Position numbers and translations under genes: made by a program. A model generated the notes under the pieces. That model saw only the letters and a program-made list of their open reading frames with translations, did not search any database and was not told the origin of the DNA. Of a stretch of DNA of 64,000 nt, positions 41,301 to 54,566 are shown in pieces. Source of the stretch: Paragordius varius. Its lineage: Eukaryota; Animalia; Nematomorpha. The stretch covers positions 4,464,001 through 4,528,000 of the forward strand of contig OZ176055.1 in assembly GCA_964247055.1 (NCBI GenBank), read 5' to 3'. The first letter of the stretch is position 1, and each line of letters starts with the position of its first letter.

Positions 41301-44300
41301 ACAAAGTTGGGAGTAGCATTCGTACCAGTTGAAATTACGATAACATTCCCTTCCTGAGAACTCCGTATAATAGAAGAAGAATGGCCATCGGCGCCCATAC
41401 CATTACCAGCCAATAACCAGGAGGAACAGGTCAGAGATTGGTCATCAACATTCCCAAACAACGAGGATGAATTATTGGTACTGCCACCAAGCTGTGTAAG
41501 TAATTGTTGATTGCTGCTGTTGTTATTATGATTAGAGGAGGAGGAATTGGTAAGGATCGAATTACTATTCTCCTCATCCACGGTCGTATTATCAAAAGAA
41601 AGAAGTGATTGATTAGTACCGCCAGAAGAGTTTTGTCGTTGGAGCAAGTGTTGTTGTTTATTGCCGCCGAGATGTCGGCTACAAAAGCCTCGACGCTGAG
41701 ACTCCTTTGGACATTCGGGATGGGTACACAGTCTGCGCCATTGTTTTCCATTAAACTTTTTACGGACACCTTGTGACGTGAGTACAACATCACCCTTCTT
41801 ATAAATCGTGGTAGATGGGTGGAGTAAGGTTGAACAACCTCCCATAAGCACTGAACTATTACTTAGGGAAGAACTCAGGGTCGAAGATGATGATCCACAG
41901 TAAAATGGATTGTGTGAACTCAAACAATTATCTAATCTTGTGGTCATTAAATAACCAAGAGAGCTTGATGGTGTCAACAAAAAGCCTGACTTATTGCCGG
42001 TTCCACCATTTTTATATAAAGATCCAGCAGCGGTAGGTATCAAACTGTTTAGTGATAAGGGTGTTGATATGATTTGCGAGAAATTATTATTAGTATTGTC
42101 CCTTAAGGATAAAACTGAAGCATGAGATATATTAGAAGCGAATAAACTAGTAACAAAATTTAAATTGTTCATTCCCACAATTTTGTATTCGGGGATTGCG
42201 CTCATAACATTAGGGATATTTGAGGGAAATTGTTTGAGTTGAGAATTTGAGCAGTTCATTACTGTCAAACTAAGTGTCTTGATATTATTTTTTAGCATAT
42301 TCGTATCAACCACTAAAGGAGGTTCAGTTTTCGTTTGTATATTTGGAAAAGAAAAATTAGCCTTTTCCACCTTAGTTAATGGCATTTTTGTTTTGGTTGT
42401 AAGAACATTACCATTTATTTGAGAATTGCTGTTTTCAATCGAAGAAACCGTGTTAATCGAAACATTATTACTCATGTCGGGCGTTTGAGTTATCATTTCG
42501 ATAGGCATGATTCCTATATAAATTTAATCAAATATTTTTGAAAATATAAACATGAATCTAAGTATAAAATAAAAAAATAATAAGGCAATGGACAGGTAAA
42601 CTATTGTACTAAAAACTTATAAATAGTATTTGTGTTAACAAAGTTTATTGATAGATGTCAAATTAATATTTGATAGAAATAATCAGTCAATCAAAGTATT
42701 AGTCAAGGTCATATTGCATTAAAAATTTATGAATTAGCTGGGAACATAATTAAGGCATAAATCCAGTTATCGTATTTTATTTCATTAAGCCCCTTAAAGT
42801 TTTATTAATAATTAAAATTTTTCATACAATAGTCCATAAAATAGCCGACTCAAAAACAAAAATATTTTCCATATTTTGAAACGTATTACTTTGTACAGGG
42901 GTGTCCAACAACGGGCCCCATTCGCAAAATATATGGTCAATAACGAATATTTTGTTAGAACATTAGACTGTAAAAACTACTAATGATTTTAACATTTTTT
43001 GGTACTTCATTGGCAAAATTTGGAAAGATTTTTTCAATAAATTTGTTAAAAAAATTATTTTTACTTGGATTTTAAAAATTTTACATTCGACATTTTTCGT
43101 AAGCTGCATGGCGCGGCCCATGTTGAACACCCCTGCTTTATTATATCAAAAGTTTTATTGAAAATATGGCTTAAAAAGAAATATTTTACAAAAACCCGAA
43201 ACCAAATCAATATGAAATCGATAAATAGAAAAATATGTTTTACAAAACCGAACGAAAAAGAACACAAGGCCACGCGCACTAGCCAGAATCCGATTTACTG
43301 AAAAAGCCTTTATGTTAAACACATGTTTTTAATAAAAATTAAAGACATAGTGTGTAAAAACCAAGCATTTTTAGCAAAACAAGCTTTTAGTTTCATGTTT
43401 GATATTTTTGAAAGACGCTTCTTCTTATTAATGTCAAAATTAAAATAGAAGAGTATAAATTATTTATTTTATTATCATCTATTGATTAGTAAACCATTAA
43501 CCGTTTTGATAAAAAAATAATATTTTTATAACGAACCTTTTTTCAGATTTTAAAACCCGGTGAATGTCCCTATCTAAAAATAAGAAAATAAAAACTACAT
43601 TTTTATATGGGCGCACTATGCATACTATCTGTGTTGCAAATTGCCCAACTATAGTGTGAAATAACCATTAAAATGCATACTCAAAAATATAAAAATTAAT
43701 ATCAATCAATTTTAAATCTTATTTCAAGTATAGTATTATATTTGAGTCTTTCAATAAAGTGTATGAATTAAGATATCACTAATTTAACCATTTATTCTGT
43801 CTCATTTTGGATTAGTTATTTGGTAACACTTTAATCTTTTGAGGTAGTTTTAAAGAGATTTAAAATTTGAACATCCTAAAAAGTATTTAAGGTATTGGGC
43901 CAATTTTAAAAATTTCTTTCATTAGTTTTTACGCGCATGCTTCAATTTTTTTATATCCCTAATACAGCAGGCAAATAAATGTTTATTAAAGAGTTAGAAA
44001 ATGTAAAGGTTAGATTAAACCAGCTGTTTGCTTTCAATCGGATATTCAGGTTTTTTGAACTCTAGATCAGGGTTGTCAAAAACGCTTAGGCAGCATTTGG
44101 ACTCAAAAAAACCGGCAGGCCGTATTATGGGTTTTAATTTATATATTATAAGATTTCAAACATAAGACTGTAAAACGAAAAACAATATAACAATTTATTA
44201 TTTGCCAATCGGATGGACTATTTAGAAAAATTAATTAAAAAAATCAATTTTGCTAAAATTTTGTGTGCTTATTTTATTTCCAAATTATGGATTCCCAAAT

Positions 44301-47300
44301 ATTTCGCCGTCCGCATATGATGTCCCGAAGGGCCGCATGTTGGACACCCCTGCTCTGGATGATAAAAACTGAAAAAATATAATACCTAATACAAAAACAA
44401 TAATTGTTAATTAAATTTTAACCAAAAGAACTTTCAAAACTGTAGTTTATTTTCAGGTTTTATGGGATATAAAAGTACCTAAAACATAATCGTCTGCAAA
44501 AAATGAAAATATAAGTCGGCACTGAAATACGAAAAACTCCAATCTGATTACGAAAAATATTATTTATAAGAAAACAATTTGAAGCGAAATTTGGTTTCGT
44601 TTTCATAATATTTCTGTGTGTTAGCTTAGGCGCAGTCAACTATCACGTTTAGCATTAAAGTGTTATTAAAGTAAAAATATATGATCATTAAAAATAAAAT
44701 GAGCAATATTTTAATATTTTCAACCGCTAATTACCTACAAAAATATATCGATTTTAATGTAATAAAAATATCATTAAAAACTTGTTTTTTAAAATGTAGA
44801 TGACCATTACTAAAGCTTCCGATAGTGTATCTATAATTTCGTTTTAGGTACTAAATGGGCACGCAGACACCGCCTTTTTATTTTTGATTTAGTCTATATT
44901 TTCAAACATAGCCATGGCCAAAAATGAAAAGTAAAAATCATTTGAATTTCTGAATTTTTTTCGTAATTATAGGAAAGGTATAGTCATTTTGTGGGCGTAA
45001 TGTTAATAATATAACAATTTTATGTGATTTATCAATTATTTTACAAGAAAACACTTAAGATTTTAAACTAGATCCGTTTGAAGAAGCTTTTTCCATTAAA
45101 ATGGAGTCCAATTTATAAGTAACTTTCTGATTTCGACGATAATATTGAGTTGCCCACTTGCTATATTTTTTTTATAGAAATTAATGTTTATACTTCAGGT
45201 TACGACAAAGAGCTAAATAATATTATTTTTGGAAAGGCTTACAGAATACAAGATGTATAATCTAAGGTTATGTAACAAAAGTTTATTTCCGTTTTTTTGA
45301 ATGAAACGCTTAAATCAATATAATGTATGCTAGAATAAAAAGTTCGAACAAAAAATTTTTTAATTTGCTTAGGGCAAAAAAGTTTTAAATATTTGAAATT
45401 TTTAGAAATTAAAAAGATAACAAAACCATAATACCAAATTTTTATTCATGGGAACAATAACACCAAAATTATAATGTTATACGATAAGGTAAATTTGGCA
45501 CAATGCATTTACCTGGCCGAAATTTTTGAAAAATATATCAAATTATAGAAATATCAATTAAAATTTTGATTTGAAAGGGTTACTAGAAGCCTTTCTGATA
45601 TGATTAAATTCAGGATGGTGACTGTAATCAAAGTTTTTAAACACGTGTTTGCCACGTGATATCAAATAAATATAAAGTAATAAAGAAATTTATATTTATT
45701 GCGAACAAATTTAAAATTGTAAATTTATTACTAATAATGTTATTAACAATATTAGATTAATTTTTTGGTTAATTTCGTTTTTTTATAGGCATAGGAAATG
45801 CTTTCGATTAAGTATTTGTCGACATTAAAACAGTCATACCGATTATTATTTTTTAAATGGTTAAATAACTAACGCCAATTCTCATTTATCAATTATGTCA
45901 AAAGTATCTAAAACCATAAAAAGGGAAAAATATATTTTTTCAAAATATTGGTTATTAACAACACAACAATGGTAGAAAAATTTACATGATCATGGGTGAT
46001 TTTTCCAAATCATGGCTTTTTTGATATGCTACACTAAAACATATAAAGGGTAGGTACTAATATTTAACCTGTAGGATTGTTCATCACTGGACACGGCACT
46101 TGATTATAATCCACAAGCGTATGATCTAGGGGAAGAGGAACAATACGGTTCGTATAAAAAAACAATTCCTCGTGCCAAGGCCATTTAAGAATTCGGAGAT
46201 TATTGCGTTTACACCAGACCTCAGCTATCATTCCATTAGATGGATTTGCCAGATTTGGAAATGTTGATTGATTTGTGATTCCAGGGGTGTATGATAGATT
46301 ATTATTATTGCCATTTAAAGGTTTAACAAAACGTGCCAGAAATGAAAGAGAATTCGAGTCAAAGGCGAGTAGAACAGCTTCTGCAAAAACTCTAACAGAC
46401 GAATTTAGATTGTGTTGATTATTCATATTATTATTATTATGAAGAGGAAGATATGGAATTGAGTTTATGTTAGGGGTCGAAATAGTGGCTATGGATTGAA
46501 TAAAATTTTCTCCCGTTACATTTGTCATGCCATGCAAATTTCTGGACATTGGATTTGATGGAGATATCATGACATTACTTATATTACAACAAGCCAAGAT
46601 ACGATAATTGAGAGGTATGGTGTCTAAAATAATAGATTCCGCTCCTTGTTCAATAACCATATCAGGGTTGGGGAATAGCAGTTTTCGTTTTTCAGCAAGC
46701 CATGCTTGAGTGTTGGGTATCAAAGCAAGCAGTTCTGTTATCGAGGGAATACTATCACTTACCATATCTATTCTGCTGTATAAATCACTCGATTGATATG
46801 AACTAAAATCAAATGTTCCTATTGTGCCCAACAAACCGGGTGGTGAGTTTAAACCTCTTTCATACTCCAAAGCTATAACGTTTCCCACAATCCATTTGAT
46901 TCCGGCTTTGTGGTATAAATTTCGCTCATCATTTCTGACATTGCAATCTAAGTACAAAAAATTAAATCTTTAGGCTCGAAAATGGGATAGTTTGAAAGGT
47001 ATATTATTTCGCTAATATTTTTACAAATAAAACAAATTAAATAAGGTTTCGAGATTACTCACCCCATTGGATATAGAGTCATTGATTAAATTATAAGATT
47101 CGAAAGTAGGGGTCCTTAACCGTATAGGCGACAAATGGGGAACATAAAATGCAAACATATTTATCAAAAATACTGGACAACAATTTTTAGCCAATCAAAT
47201 TTTTGGATATTCTGATTTTTACGATCATTTAAACAGTAAATCTGAATCAAAAATTATAATGCATAAGATTTATTTAAAATTTGATTTTTTATGATTATGC

Positions 47301-49923
47301 GCGCTTTTTATATATACTAAAAAACGATTTTCTTTGAAAATATACAATAAATACCCATTTGTACTATTTGAAAAGTGAAAACTCTATAAAATGCATAATA
47401 ATAGATTTACTTCAATGGTTAATATTTATAAGCGACAAACCAGAAAAGAGCGTTTTCGTCAATAAATATAATTTTAAAATTATTGGATGAAAATAGCTAA
47501 AACCTTTTGTAGATGGCAATGAATGTCCAAAAAAGACACTAAAAGTTTTTTTGATTTAATAACTTATTAATTGCATTTATGTCATTAAAACAGCCATTTT
47601 TAAATTACAAAAAATTACCATCTCCTCTATATTAATCATTTTTTAATAGGCTTAATTTTAAAATTCCAAGAAAAATAAAGTTTAATGTTTTCTTGATTTT
47701 TTAACCAACAGGTAACTAATTTACAGTTATAATTATGCATTTTAGTATCATTAGCTAAAATAATTTTGATAATGTTTTTTATTAAAAAGCACAAGGTATT
47801 TTAGATATTTTGTTAAGTTTTATATTAATTTAACCCTATTTTTAAATTAGTTTGTCTGTAAAAATTTTTGACTTATTTATGGGTTAAAAATTTTGACCAT
47901 ATAAAGCCAAATAACTTTTACATCAGAATGATTTAAATGACTTAATACCATTCAAAATATTCAGTTTTTTGCGCTCTTTCGAATGATATAGATATGAAAA
48001 ATTTTGATAACGCTAATAAAAAAAATTCTTGGGTGTTAAACCAATTTTTTTCAAATATACTATTTATGTACTCTATGAATAAATTTTAAATTTTCAAAAA
48101 GGACACTTTAAAAAGTCAAAATTTGTTGTCTGATGTTATGCTTGTATTTTTATAAAATTTTAATATTTAATTGCATTTCAAGCTCTAGCTTTATATTTGA
48201 CGTCTTTTTCCAGTTTGATTTAGATTAATGGATGAACTCAAAAACTGGTATTTTATAACAAACAATTAAAGGGAAAATATTTACAATAGATAAAAGTGAA
48301 TTTATTTTTTTATGATGTTTTGAAAAATTTCAACATATTATCAAAAAAAGATTGGGCAAAAGTTGAAAAAATAAAAACGGAGTTTTTTATCTAAATAAAT
48401 TCAAATGGTAAAACCCCAACGATATTACAATTAAAAATCTTTTTATATATGATTTTAAGCAATATAAAAAGAAAAATATGTCGTTAGTAAATTCTGATAA
48501 GCATTTTCTGAACATCTTTTTTCAGATTTCAGTATGTTAACCATATAACATCAAAGTAGACATTCATCTATATATACGTGGGGACAGAATTGAAACGATA
48601 ACATAAAGAATGAAAAAAATAGACAACGTACGTTAGGGAACATTGAAAGGAGAGATTTTCAAAATGCAAAAATAGACAGTCATATAGTTTAAACCAGGAC
48701 GTGGGCGCCCTACGAGATGGATAGACACAAGAAAGAGAGAAAAGCTAAATGATGAAGGCGCTATATGACCAGATATGTTGTCTTACATGACCCCTTACAA
48801 GAAATATCTAATATAATAATAAAAGTGTTTTAAGTTAAACCAAGTAATGAAATTTTTCATAATAGTAAAGTTGGGTATTTTGTCTGACCATTTTGTTTCG
48901 AAAAGTTTCCCCGAACCTATGGTTCCAAAGAATTTTATAATCGTTCGTCATATTTTTCTGTTGCCTTGATTATATCTGATTTTGGTTTTTAATCTGATAT
49001 CATGCGATGAGTAACTGCTTTTGTAGTGGCGATTCTTCCAGACAAAATACCCAAGTCTCCTATTATGAACAAAATGAATCCTGAAATGTCTCTTCTTGGC
49101 AGACTAATACGCCAAAAACTCTCCTACTTCAGCCACATTATGAGATCAAACTTACTAGAAACACTGATGCTGGGAAAAGGCGGTGCTCGCAATAGAGGAC
49201 TAAGAACTCGCTGGATGCATGTTCAAAGAAACAAACCAAGCATTAGCCGAACTAAACGCTAGACTTGTATTCGCAATGAGTGGAGAAGATAATTTTCAAT
49301 TTTGCAGTTAATCGGAATCGACTTAACAACAACAACAACGTTAAACCAAAAGTAAATACACGTGTTAAATTTAATTATAAAAATTCAATTTTTGAAAAAA
49401 AAACAAATAAATTTTTAATCAGTGCGCTACAAACTGTATAACGCATTTTGTAAACTAGTTATCTAAATGTAACAATATATCTTTCAGTAAAAAACAACAC
49501 TTATTTTAAAACATTATTTTTTTATCGAAAAACAATCTTTTCATTCAGTCACATTTCATTCTTAAACAAAAGTCATTTCTCACGTGTTTATATTTGTATG
49601 AAAATTGTGGGTTTTAAATGGAAAAATGTCGCCTAAAAATGAAAAAAAATGCGTTTTTTGAATGAAAAAATGGTAGGTAGAATTGAAAAAAATCAATTTA
49701 ATATAGTATTAATATGCTAGGGTAAAATGATCAAAAAATACATTTATCTTTTTAAAAATTTATTTTGTCCTGATTAATCTAAATATTGGTTTATATAAAT
49801 CCAACCTTCTGGATCCTGGCTAGCATATGTGGAGGTTTGGTGATTCGGCGGATATTTAGCCAATACCTTGTGACCAATCCATTCACCTTGCTGAAGTATA
49901 TTGGCGACGATAGATGTTGTCAT
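32341..49923 (-). CDS. cic: Capicua transcriptional repressor, long (CIC-L-type) form, about 2150 aa
   Basis: Exons 49923-49806, 46947-46069, 42513-39763, 38308-38282 (tentative), 38066-37999, 37867-37777, 37690-37496, 37354-37170, 37039-36862, 36550-36454, 36386-36018, 34249-33807, 33716-33243, 33169-32991, 32730-32341; phases are consistent. HMG box [40 protein letters not shown]...[22 protein letters not shown]1 motif [25 protein letters not shown]...[14 protein letters not shown]-terminal [29 protein letters not shown] and [31 protein letters not shown]. The true start may lie further upstream. Confidence 0.93.
34512..35657 (+). mobile_element. Decayed mariner (Mos1-like) transposon, copy 2, near full length, in a CIC intron
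   Basis: TA-TCAGGTGTATT...AATACACCTGG-TA termini. Remnant peptides [48 protein letters not shown] and [15 protein letters not shown] occur in Mos1 order, with many stops. Confidence 0.9.
35684..35943. mobile_element. hAT-type MITE
   Basis: TIRs CAGAAGCGTAGC and CAGAGGCATAGC (reverse complement of the right end). Imperfect 8-bp flanks CATAATTT/CATAACCT. GC-rich subterminal sequence. Confidence 0.6.
38467..38765. mobile_element. MITE family C (CAGGGGTGTCCAAC-type hAT termini), degenerate copy
   Basis: TGGTGTCCAAC at the left end and CATGTTGGACACCCTTG at the right end, similar to the copies at 42896 and 44068. Confidence 0.5.
38800..39660 (-). mobile_element. Possible highly decayed LTR (Gypsy-like) pol remnant
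   Basis: Raised GC. Minus-strand fragments such as [13 protein letters not shown] resemble the end of RNase H. No intact motif. Confidence 0.25.
42896..43135. mobile_element. MITE family C (hAT type)
   Basis: Left end CAGGGGTGTCCAAC, right end GTTGAACACCCCTG. TSD unclear. Confidence 0.7.
44068..44352. mobile_element. MITE family C (hAT type) with 8-bp TSD
   Basis: Left end CAGGGTTGTCAAAA, right end GTTGGACACCCCTG. Flanks CTCTAGAT/CTCTGGAT. Confidence 0.75.
47230..47520. repeat. Dispersed repeat, second copy at about 55420-55735
   Basis: Shared blocks TTATGCGC, TTTTCTTTGAAAATATACAA.AAAT.CC, AAAACTCTATAA and AAGCGACAAAC in the same order. Confidence 0.6.
48570..48800 (+). mobile_element. RTE-like LINE 3' fragment
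   Basis: Remnant [10 protein letters not shown] resembles the RTE ORF C-terminus. Confidence 0.45.
49040..49340 (+). mobile_element. RTE/BovB-like LINE 3' end with (AAC)n tail
   Basis: [48 protein letters not shown] parallels the BovB-type C-terminus (ISPEYSLEG..KLQYFGHLMR..LEKTLMLGKIEG.RRRG..R.RW). It ends in AATCGGAATCGACTTAACAACAACAACAAC. Confidence 0.8.
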
Positions 49924-50631
49924 TTTGATAGGAATGCTATTCCCTAATCTTTTACTAGTCACTACATTCGTATAGTTAAAGAATATATCAGGAATTCGAT
50001 GACTATGCGAACATTAAATCCAAACACTACATATGATTACATTCGGGGTTTTTAGGGTTCCTTTCGATTAAATGGACAAATTATTTAAAGGTAAAACTTG
50101 GGATGCAATTTCTAAACCCCAACAAATAAAAAGTATAAAAATTGATATATATAAAAAAAGTGTTGTGCTTTTGTAATTACTACTACAGTTTTAGATAATA
50201 AATAATGCTTGCCTCCATCACCCTAAAATGTAAGGCTTGTTACAAAATATTTTTTTTTGCATCAACGTTTTTTTTTCAAAATAAAATTTGTATAAAAAAT
50301 AATTTAACAATGGTATATTTGCTATATTAATTTCTTTTATTAGCATAAATTAATTGTTATTAGTATTTGGAGTTGTACGTAACGGGTCAACCGCGTCTGT
50401 ATTACATACTTCACGTGCTTTTGAATTAATATCATTCGAGAACCGAGCTTAAAATTATTTTTCACAATACATGCATTTATTTCACTGGTAAAAGAAAAGG
50501 TATATGGGAGTTTTTGCCTTTTATATCCTTTATTTCTTAAATTTTTTAACAATGTTAGCGAATTTGATTAAAATTGACTGGCTTTAAATCCATGAAACTA
50601 GTTTGGGTAATAATATACACACTAAAGGTAA

Positions 50632-50858
50632 TATACACTAATGAGAACTATATTTGGTCGTTTCGCGTTTTAAATGGCTAAAAGGGTATTTAGTTTACAT
50701 GTCTGTTGGCATGTATCATAATTTTTCATATTTATTAGTTACATTGCGAACAAGGGCCACTGTATTTTCTCCATAATTTTTATTGAATAATAATGTAATT
50801 AAATACCATTGTAGCCATTTTATAACTAAATGACCAATAATGATTCTCATACCTGTAT
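50632..50858. mobile_element. MITE family B, copy 2
   Basis: AAATGGCTAAAAGGGTATTTA and TAAATACCATTGTAGCCATTT are inverted. The internal TTATTAGTTACAT...CACTGTATTTT is shared with 30494-30722. Confidence 0.55.
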
Positions 50859-53419
50859 TTCAACCACTTCGGGCGGCTATTCTCCTAATTTTTTAAGTGC
50901 GAATTTAATTAAATCTTTAAAGGCATGTGACTCGTTTAAGTTATAATGTAGCACTAAAGGCAATTTCCGATTTCGACTAACCCATCAAATTTATTATGCA
51001 TTTAATATGAGATTATATTAGTTTTATATATATCTCTTCAAGATTAGATCAGAAAAATAAATTATTTAATTTACAGTCTTTGAAAATTGTAATTCCTAGT
51101 CAATCCACAGGATTTTTTATTACATATGCTAAAAAGCTTGTTTATTCAACACTATAATTTCAGAAACTTTTATAGTTTATAACGTGTGTGTGTGTGTTTG
51201 TATGTGTACATCTTGTATTTATGTGTCTTTTAATAATAACTACAATAAAGAAAGACAATCAATGAAAGAATGACAAAAACGCAAAACTTGCACTTCGCCT
51301 CCGTCTTATACAATAATGCTACGTAAAGTATACGTTTAAAAAAATTTTCATTCACATAAACCAACCAAGTTAGAGATAGATATAGCAAAATCATGCTTAA
51401 TTTACATTAATTATTAATAATATCATTATATATAATATTAAAAAAATAAATGTTTCAAGGCATATGCACCAACAAAATCGTAATCTGTACATTATAGAGT
51501 AGTGTGTAGGAGGATAATAAAGATTAAAAAATTTGATACAGTTATGAATTTTTGTAAAATTTATTTGTGTATGTATACAAACATATTCCATCGTTTTTTA
51601 GAATAATTACCAAAATACATGATTATATAAACTGTAAAAATGGATGTAATAAGCCATAATTATTATACGTATCAAAGTTAAATTGTCAAGTTATTTTGAC
51701 GTGTTGCCAATTTTTCAATATTTTTTAGTAAAATGGACGCAAATTATGGAGCAAGCCAAGTAAAAATGTTTTAACAGTTTTTATTAATATTTTACCATTT
51801 TTGAATATGTACTCATAGACGTATTTTTTACAAATATACCTCCTATATTTTACATTATACGTATAAAAGTTCAAACTTAGAAAAAATGCAAATACTAAAA
51901 AGTTAAACTACTTAATGATTTGGGCAATTATTATAAAAATGAATAAAATTTTGTAAATATGTTAAATATAAAAAACTTACCTTAAATGAGTGTACAATAA
52001 AAAATCAAAAAAAATTTTTTATTATGGTATGAAAATGGGTTTAAAAATATTTATACTTAAATTATAAATTAGGGAAAATTAATAAACCTCAATAATTTAG
52101 TTCTGCATGGAATATCCGGTGGTAATTTAATAATAAAAATCAGATGGAAGCAAGGTGTTTAAAAGATAACACTTAATTCATTCAATTGGTTCTTTTTACG
52201 TGTGTATGATAATCATATTGAAATTGATATACAGTTTGTTCCAATAAAATTTTAATATAATAATACCAATTTATATGTGATGTGTTTTAGATAAAAACAT
52301 ATAATGTATAAAAAAACTTTCATGACAACGTTGATTTGGATAATAATATCAGAATATGAATTTATATATAGGGGTATTATTGTAAAGAAAATGGCAATAA
52401 TATTCTGCCCGCCAAAAATTTTGGATGCGGATTCTAAATAATAATATCCTCAGGGGAAAAATCTAACCGGATTTCGGATACTTTAAGTTTTGGACGTAAA
52501 AAGAAAAAGGATCGCATATTAGCGCACATTATGGTACTATCATAATATATATTCTGCAAAAATATTCATACACTTTAAATTACTAAATTGCTCATTTTTT
52601 ACTAGGCATTTTAAATCTCAACAACTTGGGCAACTTCATAACTTCCCAAACTCAACTCAGTGGAAGCTTTAAAAATATAGAATTTAACATTCACAAAGTA
52701 TTTTTGTAATTTCTATCGATTAATTTTAAGGCATAAATAAATATTCCCTTCAATTAACGAATTTTAAAAATAAACTAATACAATAGGCAAATAAATTCAT
52801 ATTATGTTTACAAAATATGAAAATAAATATTGACAAATCTTGATATTTTATTTATTTTCAAATCAACTGGTTAGTTCAATCGTGTTATGGAGATGTCTCA
52901 AATTTAGACTCTAGAAGTCACAAGACTGTAAAAAATATAATTTTGTATCTAATACAGGTGAGTAATGTTTGATAATCTTAACTATAACTTTTGAAAGAAT
53001 AGTTTATTGGGTATAAAACTACCCTAATATCATCGCCGACAGAGTGAAAGGGTCATAAGTGTTAAAGAATAAGGGATATAATTAACATTTAAATAACTTT
53101 TGATGCTTTGGGGTAGCGATAAGATATTTTAACGTTTTATGACCTTTCCTTTTTATTGTTCGCCATGACATCTTGGGGGTAGTTTATACCAGTGGTCAAT
53201 TACTATTTTTAAAATTAAATATCAGACATTGTTCTCATTTAAATAAAAATATTACAGTTTTGTAAATTCTAGAATCTAAAAGGTTAAAATTTAATTATCA
53301 CATTTTTCTCCTAAAAGCTTATATTTTATGTTTGTCTTCTAGAATCTAAACAAAACACGGTTTAAATAAACAGCTGGCTTTAAAATCAATAAATATTTTT
53401 ACTGGTAAAATACAATCTT

Positions 53420-54566
53420 AAAACTTCGATTCATTTTGGGGTAACTAAATACCCCAGACTAAATTTGAGTTAGGATTTTTAATAAACAAGGAAACGGTCT
53501 TAATTTAAATTTATGCTTTTATCCTAATATAACTATGCTAAAATATTTAAATAAAATTTTGTTTTGAAAAAAAAGTTTCATGTCAAACTACTTCGCTGCC
53601 ATTTTTATTTTAAAATATTTTTGCAAAATATCGTCTTCATTTAATTTTAAGGGTAGAATTAAAGCTAATATTTTAATTAAATTACATCTAACATTGATAG
53701 AAACAGAAAACGCGGTTTATTTTGTATTATTTTCTAATTTTACCATTGTACACATGCCACGTTGACTAAATTTTTACCTTTCGGTTTTAGTTAAAAAAGT
53801 AATATCAAATATTTTTGAATAAATTTTTTTATATATTTTGGTTTTTTAATGTTATATAGTGCAAATTTTGCCATGGTTTCGATTCATTCCATATTTTTAT
53901 AAGAATTTTATTTAACACTTCGATTCAAATTGGGGTATTTAAATACCCCAGACTATATTTAAATTAATTAAAAAATTATTGAAGGAAACAGTCCCAATTT
54001 AAATTTATGCTACTATCCTAATACAAATTATATGAATAAGCCAAATTATCTAAATAAAAATTCGTTTTGAAAAATAAGTTTCATGTCAAACTACTTGGAC
54101 GCCATTTTTTTTTAAATTTTTTTGCAAAACATCGTATTTATTTAATTTTAAAAGTAAAATTTCTAATTTTTTATTTAAATTACATCTAACATTGATATAA
54201 ATAGAAAAATTGGTTTATTTTGCATTATTTTTCAATTTAGCCGATACACACATGTTACGTTGACTAAATTTTTACCATTGGGTTTTACATCAAAATAAGT
54301 AATATCAAATATTTTTGAATAAAATTTTTTATACATTACGGTTTTTTAATGTTATATAAGTGCAAAATTTTGCCATGGTTTTGATTCCTTTCATATTTTT
54401 TAAAGTATTCAATTTTAAACAGGCCTGGGGTATCCAACTACCCCAATTTGAATCGAAAGACTAAAATGAATGTGTTGTATCCAAGTGTTAATAACAGGCC
54501 TGGGGTATTTAACTATCCCAATTTGAATCGAAGGACAGAATGAATTATTTTGTATCCAAGTGTTAA
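53420..54566. mobile_element. Tandem pair of TTAA-flanked (piggyBac-type) non-autonomous elements plus a duplicated terminal unit
   Basis: About 500-bp units at 53420-53910 and 53916-54487. Termini TTAA-CACTTCGATTCAAATTGGGGTA and TACCCCAATTTGAATCGAA...CAAGTG-TTAA. The terminal unit of about 75 nt is repeated at 54492-54566. Confidence 0.7.

Noticed and set aside
41160-41793. + strand ORFs (41160-41357, 41431-41793) and similar shadow ORFs (9147-9407, 13119-13349, 23055-23315, 29244-29453, 61224-61415)
   Set aside because: Antisense shadows of real exons, with no independent motifs.
43061-43301. Overlapping 72-78 aa ORFs on both strands; also ORFs at 53580, 55422, 50340 and 51397
   Set aside because: They lie in MITEs or AT-rich intron sequence, are F/I/K-biased, and show no splice or homology support.
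47060-47110. Strong GTGAGT donor on the - strand in CIC intron 1, as an alternative (CIC-S-like) coding exon
   Set aside because: The only frame compatible with the phase-1 acceptor at 46948 contains a stop. It could at most be a non-coding exon.
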